From positions 1 through 11,645 of IMG/VR virus record IMGVR_UViG_3300013103_000848: DNA of 11,645 bases; one strand, given 5' to 3'. The translations under genes and the position numbers were made by a program. The notes beneath the pieces were generated by a model. That model had not been told where the DNA came from. It saw only the letters and a program-made list of their open reading frames with translations, and ran no database searches. Shown in pieces: positions 1 through 4,048 of this stretch; position 1 is the first letter of the stretch; every line of letters starts with the position of its first letter. This stretch comes from a virus.

Positions 1-57
1 ATGACTTCTATAAATAATGGACAGGATGTTTTGATTGTAAATATTGAGGAAGCATAA
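1..57 (+). CDS. 3' end of the 53-aa ORF (duplicate of 11541..11597, created by the terminal overlap)
   Basis: Same sequence and frame as the end of ORF 11436..11597 (...MTSINNGQDVLIVNIEEA, stop taa at 55-57). Confidence 0.8.
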   Translation: MTSINNGQDVLIVNIEEA

Positions 58-105
58 AATGGCTCAGGGAGATGTTACCTGTAATCTAACAAATGCTTTA
101 CCTAA
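1..105. repeat. Terminal direct repeat copy 1, an exact duplicate of 11541..11645; this contig self-overlap implies a circular or circularly permuted 11,540-bp genome
   Basis: Compared base by base: 1-105 (atgacttctataaataatgg...aaatgctttacctaa) equals 11541-11645. The repeat cuts through two ORFs, so it is not a defined physical terminus. Confidence 0.95.
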
Positions 106-838
106 AAGATGTGCAGTTTTTGATGGGGTGGATGATTATGTTGAGGTGGCGGATGATGATAGTTTGGATTTTGGAACTGGGGATTTTAGTGTTAGTGCGT
201 GGTTTAAGACATCTGATGGAATAAATCAAATGGATATTATATCTCGTGTGGGTAATACTGGAGCACAACATGTATTTTTTGAAGTGAATAGGAGTGTTCA
301 AAATGGGAAACTTACTATTACTATCAGAGATGCTGATTCAGATAAGGCAGATGTAGTTTCTCAAAATTCTGTGGCAGATAATAAATGGCATTATTTAACA
401 GTAGTTTGGAATGATAGTGCTAATAATGTGAAATTTTATTTAGATAATGCGTTAGAGGGTCAAGATACAAATGCAAATGTTGACACGGTCTTTAATGATG
501 GCAATATCTTAATTGGGAGCTTAACTCCAACTCAAAGGTTCTTCAACGGCTCAATAGACGAAGTAAGAATATACAATAAAGCATTAACTCAATCAGAAAT
601 AACAAAACTCTATCAGGGGGGAAATGTAACAGATGGTTTAGTTTCAAGATGGAAATTTGACAAAGATTATAAAGACAGCGTCGGAAGTAATGACGGAACA
701 AATCACGGCTCTTATTTAACAACAGTAGATGATCAAGTTTCTAAAGCAATATCAGACGCAAGAGTTACAGCAAATGATAAATATTTAATGGCAGTTGTGA
801 ATAATAAAATAATGACTTCTGTCATAGAGGAAGCATAA
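59..838 (+). CDS. LamG / concanavalin-A-like lectin domain protein (Laminin_G_3 type), candidate fibre or receptor-binding/decoration protein, 259 aa
   Basis: The ORF track gives 44..838. I prefer the ATG at 59 (MAQGDV...) because GAGGA at 46-50 lies 8 nt upstream and the preceding ORF stops at 55-57. The motifs FDGVDDYVEV, GDFSVSAWFK, NKWHYLTVVW and FNGSIDEVRIYNKALTQSEI match the characteristic LamG-fold pattern. Confidence 0.85.
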   Translation: MAQGDVTCNLTNALPKRCAVFDGVDDYVEVADDDSLDFGTGDFSVSAWFKTSDGINQMDIISRVGNTGAQHVFFEVNRSVQNGKLTITIRDADSDKADVVSQNSVADNKWHYLTVVWNDSANNVKFYLDNALEGQDTNANVDTVFNDGNILIGSLTPTQRFFNGSIDEVRIYNKALTQSEITKLYQGGNVTDGLVSRWKFDKDYKDSVGSNDGTNHGSYLTTVDDQVSKAISDARVTANDKYLMAVVNNKIMTSVIEEA

Positions 839-1002
839 TGGAAATAACTTTTGAAAAAATAGTTGAAGAAGAAGTTGATGGAGAGATGGTTAAATCATTT
901 GTAGAATGCCCAGAAGAAGAAGCTACTCATAAAAAAATTACATACCCGGAGAGCAGGAGAGAGATGAATCAGGAGAGACCGGGCAAGAGGATTGAATTAT
1001 GA
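838..1002 (+). CDS. Hypothetical small acidic protein, 54 aa (below the ORF-track cutoff)
   Basis: Hand translation: MEITFEKIVEEEVDGEMVKSFVECPEEEATHKKITYPESRREMNQERPGKRIEL. It has a TAATG start/stop overlap with the LamG gene. GAGGA at 827-831 lies 6 nt upstream, and an ATGA overlap joins it to the next ORF. Confidence 0.55.
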   Translation: MEITFEKIVEEEVDGEMVKSFVECPEEEATHKKITYPESRREMNQERPGKRIEL

Positions 1003-1172
1003 CAAATCCAAATAAAGGCACAAAGGGAACTAAAGAAATAAGTAAAAATTATCCTGTAACTTCTGGCTTAGGCGAAGACGACAAACACGAAGGCAGAACT
1101 ATGAACCTCGTCGCTGAGGGTATCAATGGAATAAAAAGTATTGCTTCTAAAAAAAATAAGGTTTTGTTGTAA
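999..1172 (+). CDS. Hypothetical small protein, 57 aa (below the ORF-track cutoff)
   Basis: Hand translation: MTNPNKGTKGTKEISKNYPVTSGLGEDDKHEGRTMNLVAEGINGIKSIASKKNKVLL. It has an ATGA overlap with the upstream ORF and an AGAGGA about 9 nt upstream. It is the last ORF before the promoter at 1186. Confidence 0.5.
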   Translation: MTNPNKGTKGTKEISKNYPVTSGLGEDDKHEGRTMNLVAEGINGIKSIASKKNKVLL

Positions 1173-1185
1173 TTATTCTGTAATT

Positions 1186-1200
1186 AGAAAAGTTTATAAA
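1186..1200 (+). promoter_or_regulatory. Archaeal-type promoter candidate (purine-rich BRE-like agaaaag plus TATA box tttataaa) for the small-gene cluster
   Basis: agaaaag (1186-1192) directly abuts tttataaa (1193-1200). There are 24 nt between the box and the ATG at 1225. The architecture matches the boxes at 4013-4029 and 9711-9725. Confidence 0.6.
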
Positions 1201-1203
1201 GGC

Positions 1204-1221
1204 GTATCTACTTGTATCTAC
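1204..1221. promoter_or_regulatory. Tandem direct repeat GTATCTAC-tt-GTATCTAC between the TATA box and the start codon; candidate operator
   Basis: Exact 8-mers at 1204-1211 and 1214-1221 with 10-bp periodicity. They cover the predicted transcription start region. Confidence 0.5.
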
Positions 1222-1224
1222 ACA

Positions 1225-1299
1225 ATGGAAACAGAATATTTTAAAGACGAACTAACATCTGAACAAGAAGATTTAGTTTTGTCAAGGGAGAATGAATAA
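1225..1299 (+). CDS. Possible leaderless 24-aa first cistron (METEYFKDELTSEQEDLVLSRENE)
   Basis: The ATG sits at the position expected for a leaderless start after the TATA box. A TAATG overlap couples it to the 1299 ORF. It is very short and could instead be a 5' leader carrying the GGGAG SD (1286-1290) of the next gene. Confidence 0.3.
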   Translation: METEYFKDELTSEQEDLVLSRENE

Positions 1300-1487
1300 T
1301 GGGAGAATACAAACACAGAGAATTCACAGCAAGAATGACTTATTATACTTGGTGTAAGTTAAGAAGACATTTTAAACCGCTGAACAGAAGTGAATCAGCA
1401 AGAAATTATTTTTTAAGATTAGCAAAATATCTTGAAGCAGAAAGCAAGCTTGATTTTAAATGGCCTAAAAGGGAGATGGATTTATGA
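1299..1487 (+). CDS. Small basic protein, possible ribbon-helix-helix DNA-binding protein, 62 aa
   Basis: An SD (gggag) lies 8 nt upstream. REFTARMTYYTW-CKLRRHFK-PLNRSES-ARNYFLRLAKYLE fits a strand-helix-turn-helix (RHH) pattern by eye only. Confidence 0.6.
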   Translation: MGEYKHREFTARMTYYTWCKLRRHFKPLNRSESARNYFLRLAKYLEAESKLDFKWPKREMDL

Positions 1488-1675
1488 ACTTAGAACAAAT
1501 AGAAAATCAGTATAGAATACTTGAAGATAGAAGAATCAGATTTAAAACTAAAAATTATAATTTGAGAGAAAGCACAGCATATTTTGAGGGATACACCGAC
1601 GCTATTATTTATGAAAATGAAATCGCAAAATTAAAATTAGAATCAATATTAAAAGAGGATTTGAAAAATGAGTGA
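1484..1675 (+). CDS. Hypothetical protein, 63 aa, predicted helical/coiled-coil
   Basis: It has an ATGA overlap with the upstream ORF and GGGAG 8 nt upstream. Composition is purine-rich and coding-like. Confidence 0.6.
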   Translation: MNLEQIENQYRILEDRRIRFKTKNYNLRESTAYFEGYTDAIIYENEIAKLKLESILKEDLKNE

Positions 1676-1853
1676 ATTACAAGGAGACGCAGGAGACGAA
1701 GAAAGAGTTAAACTAAACTTAATTGAAGCAGCTGCAGAACAAGGAACTTTAAAAAGAACAGAAACTAAAGATGAAATCAGATTTGAGGGAATGATTGTAG
1801 TTAAAGATTTGAAAGGAGGTAAGACAAATGAGGATGGATTTAAAAACACTTGA
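1668..1853 (+). CDS. Hypothetical acidic protein, 61 aa
   Basis: It has an 8-nt ATGAGTGA overlap with the upstream ORF and AGAGGA about 9 nt upstream. Its 3' end overlaps the SD-preceded ORF at 1828 by 26 nt. Confidence 0.5.
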   Translation: MSELQGDAGDEERVKLNLIEAAAEQGTLKRTETKDEIRFEGMIVVKDLKGGKTNEDGFKNT

Positions 1854-1950
1854 AGCAGTAAACGAACTAGTGCATAGACAAAAAGTAGAACCAGATGAGA
1901 TTTTTATAGAGAATGATAAAAGCATTTGTTTAGTATGGAAAAATGAGTAA
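1828..1950 (+). CDS. Hypothetical protein, 40 aa (below the ORF-track cutoff)
   Basis: A strong SD aggaggt (1814-1820) lies 7 nt upstream of the ATG. Translation: MRMDLKTLEAVNELVHRQKVEPDEIFIENDKSICLVWKNE. An 8-nt ATGAGTAA overlap joins it to ORF 1943. Confidence 0.5.
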   Translation: MRMDLKTLEAVNELVHRQKVEPDEIFIENDKSICLVWKNE

Positions 1951-2299
1951 AGTAACAGCAATATGCCAGATGTGCGGGAAGCAGTTTGAATATGATTTAA
2001 AACCCGGCTTTCCAAGAAAATATTGTCCTGAATGTAGTGCTAAAAAGAAAGCAGAATATGAGAGCAGACAGCAAAAAGAAGCACCGGTCCCAGTAGTTAG
2101 GCCGGGTGAGATTGCTAAAAAAGAAGAAGTTAAGAAAGAAATAGCTGAAGATGTTGTCATAAGAAAAGACAAACCGCATTCATATGAATTCGGAAAAGCA
2201 GGAAACAGATTCAAGGTTTATTTTAACACAGCAGAGGAATTAAAAACTTTAATTAAGGAATTGTTAGAAGTTCAGGATGAGATGTTTCCTTTAGAATAA
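1943..2299 (+). CDS. Zinc-ribbon protein, 118 aa (N-terminal CxxC...CxxC finger, Lys/Glu-rich linker, C-terminal domain)
   Basis: It carries CQMCGKQFEY...YCPECS, a four-Cys motif. It is followed by a T7 run. Confidence 0.7.
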   Translation: MSKVTAICQMCGKQFEYDLKPGFPRKYCPECSAKKKAEYESRQQKEAPVPVVRPGEIAKKEEVKKEIAEDVVIRKDKPHSYEFGKAGNRFKVYFNTAEELKTLIKELLEVQDEMFPLE

Positions 2300-2302
2300 T
2301 TA

Positions 2303-2309
2303 TTTTTTT
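2303..2309 (+). terminator. Oligo-T tract (T7) immediately after the stop of ORF 1943..2299; candidate archaeal-type terminator
   Basis: tatttttttg at 2301-2310. Oligo-T tracts are the known archaeal termination signal. Its function here is inferred. Confidence 0.35.
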
Positions 2310-2378
2310 GCCCGAATGTTTGTCGGGTTTCATAGTCAGCGTGCGGGTTGGACTGACAAACCCTTAACGAGACCCGCA
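2310..2378 (+). other. GC-enriched structured intergenic element (multiple mutually exclusive or pseudoknot-compatible stems)
   Basis: Stem cccga (2311-2315)/tcggg (2323-2327). Stem gtcag (2335-2339)/ctgac (2353-2357). Stem tgcgggt (2342-2348)/acccgca (2372-2378). About 56% GC by hand count, in an AT-rich genome. Confidence 0.4.
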
Positions 2379-2391
2379 TTATAATCAAAAA

Positions 2392-2709
2392 ATGAAAAAA
2401 GAAAAAACTTTAAGTGAGAAAAAATGTAATATTCTAACTTTAGAACAATTAGGGGGTATTGGATTATCTTCAAGTGACATTGAGTTAGCAGATGGAACTA
2501 TTTATGGTAAAGAAATTTTTTTTCATCATGGTGAAAATCTTATTTTTAAAAAAGGGTTTTTTGAAGAAGATGTAAAACAAACTTTCAAAAAGATTTTAGA
2601 TGAGATTGAGAAATTAGGAAATATGAGACTATATAGAAGTAAAAGTTGTCAATTATTCAGCAGAAGAATTAAACAAACAATCAAACAAAAAGCAGGAGAT
2701 TTAAAATGA
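2392..2709 (+). CDS. Hypothetical protein, 105 aa
   Basis: ORF-track ORF on the coding strand with no recognisable motif. Its N-terminus MKKEKTLSEK resembles that of the next ORF. Confidence 0.6.
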   Translation: MKKEKTLSEKKCNILTLEQLGGIGLSSSDIELADGTIYGKEIFFHHGENLIFKKGFFEEDVKQTFKKILDEIEKLGNMRLYRSKSCQLFSRRIKQTIKQKAGDLK

Positions 2710-2882
2710 AAAACCAAGAAACTTTAAGTGAGAAAAGTATGACATCTGAAGAAGAATACATCACACCCGAAACAGTGTGGAAAGAAATCTGTAAATTATA
2801 CATTAAATTCACTGATGAACTTGGAGAAAAAATATATGAATTTGATAGGATGATGAAATCTAACAATTCTTCCCAGCAATAA
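2706..2882 (+). CDS. Hypothetical protein, 58 aa (below the ORF-track cutoff)
   Basis: It has an ATGA overlap with the upstream ORF, and AGGAG (2694-2698) lies 7 nt upstream. Translation: MKNQETLSEKSMTSEEEYITPETVWKEICKLYIKFTDELGEKIYEFDRMMKSNNSSQQ. Confidence 0.55.
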   Translation: MKNQETLSEKSMTSEEEYITPETVWKEICKLYIKFTDELGEKIYEFDRMMKSNNSSQQ

Positions 2883-3147
2883 CTTTTTTAACTTTATTTC
2901 TTAAACAACGAGGGCATATCCATTTTTCATCAGGATAAAGCCAAATCAATCCATTTTGATTTTCTGCTGTTGCTTTTCTTAATTCTCTACCGCAAATATC
3001 ACATTTATCAGACAACTCAACAGCAAACTCAACAATGCCTAATCTATCTTTTATTGCATTCTCTAAAATCTCAGAAATATTCACTTCTTTCTCTTTTATC
3101 TTATTATGCAATTCAGAATCTATTGAAGTCATCACCTGTTTTTTCAT
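2860..3147 (-). CDS. Ribbon-helix-helix plus zinc-ribbon transcription regulator candidate, 95 aa; the only minus-strand gene
   Basis: The N-terminus VMTSIDSELHNKIKEKEVNISEILENAIKDRLG fits a CopG/Arc-type RHH pattern. The C-terminus CDICG...CPRC is a four-Cys ribbon. The gene is divergent from the large non-coding region and has its own TATA box. Confidence 0.75.
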   Translation of the reverse strand: MKKQVMTSIDSELHNKIKEKEVNISEILENAIKDRLGIVEFAVELSDKCDICGRELRKATAENQNGLIWLYPDEKWICPRCLRNKVKKVIAGKNC

Positions 3148-3168
3148 ATCAAATAGAAATATATATAC

Positions 3169-3176
3169 TTTATAAA
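3169..3176 (-). promoter_or_regulatory. TATA box (palindromic tttataaa) for the minus-strand regulator gene
   Basis: There are 21 nt between the box and the ATG at 3147 on the minus strand. This matches the spacing class of the + strand promoters. Confidence 0.5.
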
Positions 3177-3226
3177 TATATGTGTTCTGGACAATCTATA
3201 TTTTAAAATTGTCTATCTGGGTTTTG

Positions 3227-3325
3227 ATATATATATATATATGAATATGCATATATATAATAGCCCCCCCACTACGGAGTTATTCTGATTATATATATCT
3301 CTGGAAATATATATATATATATATA
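3227..3325. repeat. Cluster of four (AT)n dinucleotide tracts interrupted by a C7 run; candidate DNA unwinding element
   Basis: (AT)8 at 3227-3242, atatatata at 3251-3259, C7 at 3264-3270, (AT)4 at 3291-3298, and a 19-nt AT alternation at 3307-3325. Confidence 0.9.
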
Positions 3326-3330
3326 AATTC

Positions 3331-3345
3331 GCTTAACCCTTAAGC
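3331..3345. repeat. Short inverted repeat gcttaa-ccc-ttaagc
   Basis: A 6-bp stem with a 3-nt loop, read directly. Confidence 0.6.
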
Positions 3346-3489
3346 CAGGACTTTAAACACCTTTGAAAGCCTCACATAACACTCGGAAGCGTAAATACTA
3401 TTAGATGCTTGACAATTCAAAAAAACTTGATTGCCTATAACTTAAAATTGCCTTTCATTTAAATAATTGTGTTATTACTAGAAAGTGTT

Positions 3490-3505
3490 CCGCTCTCTGG
3501 AGCGG
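3490..3505. repeat. Hairpin ccgctc-tctg-gagcgg
   Basis: A GC-rich 6-bp stem with a 4-nt loop in the gene-free region. Confidence 0.6.
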
Positions 3506-3520
3506 TGCTTTATGGCTTTT

Positions 3521-3535
3521 AGAAAGATTTAAATA
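3521..3535 (+). promoter_or_regulatory. Orphan promoter-like element (agaaaga plus tttaaata) with no ORF downstream
   Basis: It has the same BRE-like purine stretch plus TATA box as the three + strand gene promoters. The 12-mer atttaaataatt occurs at 3467-3478 and 3527-3538. No ATG lies at the expected +1 (about 3558). Confidence 0.4.
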
Positions 3536-3547
3536 ATTCATTCACTT

Positions 3548-3569
3548 GCTTTTTTGCTTGCAAAAAAGC
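3548..3569. repeat. Perfect 9-bp hairpin gcttttttg-cttg-caaaaaagc
   Basis: 3548-3556 pairs with 3561-3569, leaving a 4-nt loop. Confidence 0.8.
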
Positions 3570-3670
3570 CTTCTTCTCATTCCTCTCTTCATCTAAAAGA
3601 CCATAAAGATAAGGGAAATAACAGAAAGAAGAATTGATTATCGGGTGAATTTTGACTTTTTTAGCCAAAA

Positions 3671-3688
3671 TGGGCAAGGTTTTGCCCA
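3671..3688. repeat. Perfect 7-bp hairpin tgggcaa-ggtt-ttgccca
   Basis: 3671-3677 pairs with 3682-3688, leaving a 4-nt loop. Confidence 0.8.
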
Positions 3689-3784
3689 CTCCTCTTCTTT
3701 CGGAGTTCTACCCTCTAATCAATATTGATCATTCTCTAGAATGACTTATTAATTCAAACCAATTCACATCGGTTTATTTCCTAA

Positions 3785-3860
3785 GAACTTCCCCCAACCC
3801 CCTAACCCCCTTCCCCGTGGGAAGGGGGAACTTCCCTCCACCCTCCCCGCCCACCACCCC
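3785..3860. repeat. C-rich (+ strand) / G-rich (- strand) island with two G-quadruplex/i-motif-capable tract clusters, flanked by a 9-nt direct repeat
   Basis: Cluster A: C5-aa-C5-taa-C5-tt-C4 at 3791-3816. Cluster B: C3-t-cc-a-C3-t-C4-g-C3-a-cc-a-C4 at 3834-3860. The 9-mer gaacttccc occurs at 3785-3793 and 3828-3836. Confidence 0.85.
3806..3828. repeat. Perfect 10-bp GC-rich hairpin/dyad cccccttccc-cgt-gggaaggggg
   Basis: 3806-3815 is the exact reverse complement of 3819-3828, with a 3-nt spacer. It is embedded in the C-rich island. Confidence 0.9.
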
Positions 3861-4012
3861 TTTTCTTATTCTTCTTATCTCTTCTTTGCGATTGTTGGAG
3901 TTTTTCTTTTTTTTTTATGTAGGAACCCGCAAAAAAATTTTTTAAAAATATTTTTTCTCTCCGTCATTCTTCAGGGTTCAAAAATATTTCCCAATCCTTA
4001 AATTATCCCCAT

Positions 4013-4029
4013 AGAAAAATCTTTAAATA
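4013..4029 (+). promoter_or_regulatory. Archaeal-type promoter candidate (agaaaaatc plus tttaaata) for the terminase-to-scaffold operon
   Basis: The TATA box lies at 4022-4029, with 19 nt to the terminase ATG at 4049. No SD is present between them. Confidence 0.6.
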
Positions 4030-4048
4030 CTCAGCTACTCTCTTACTT

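Noticed and set aside
44-58. The upstream ATG at 44 as the LamG gene start, as in the ORF track
   Set aside because: It would overlap the preceding ORF by 14 nt and has no SD. The ATG at 59 has GAGGA 8 nt upstream and follows the upstream stop. The start MAQGDVT also parallels MAAGDVT of the paralogous small ORF. This is not fully excluded.
2310-2378. A tRNA, tRNA fragment or attP site
   Set aside because: I could not fold a cloverleaf. There is no GTTCRANYC-type T-loop and no 7-bp acceptor pairing. The genome encodes no recognisable integrase. It is kept as an unexplained structured element instead.
2970-3206. A + strand 78-aa ORF overlapping the minus-strand regulator gene and its promoter
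   Set aside because: It is antisense to the RHH plus zinc-ribbon gene, which has clear domain signatures. Its translation is low-complexity (Leu/Tyr/Gln/Ser-rich), and it runs into the AT-rich promoter region with no SD.
3227-3325. The repeat cluster as a CRISPR array or minisatellite with a coding role
   Set aside because: These are simple (AT)n dinucleotide tracts of unequal length. There is no repeat-spacer periodicity and no repeat unit of 20 nt or more.
3670-3744. A 24-codon ATG ORF (MGKVLPTPLLSEFYPLINIDHSLE) in the non-coding region
   Set aside because: It has no SD and no correctly spaced TATA box. Its start codon abuts, and its first codons span, the 7-bp hairpin at 3671-3688, and its composition is unlike the coding regions.
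3791-3816. C5-AA/C5-TAA units as telomere-like repeats of a linear replicon
   Set aside because: There are only three or four imperfect units. They lie in the interior of a contig whose ends overlap elsewhere, and no inverted copy exists. G4/i-motif or protein-binding roles are more plausible.
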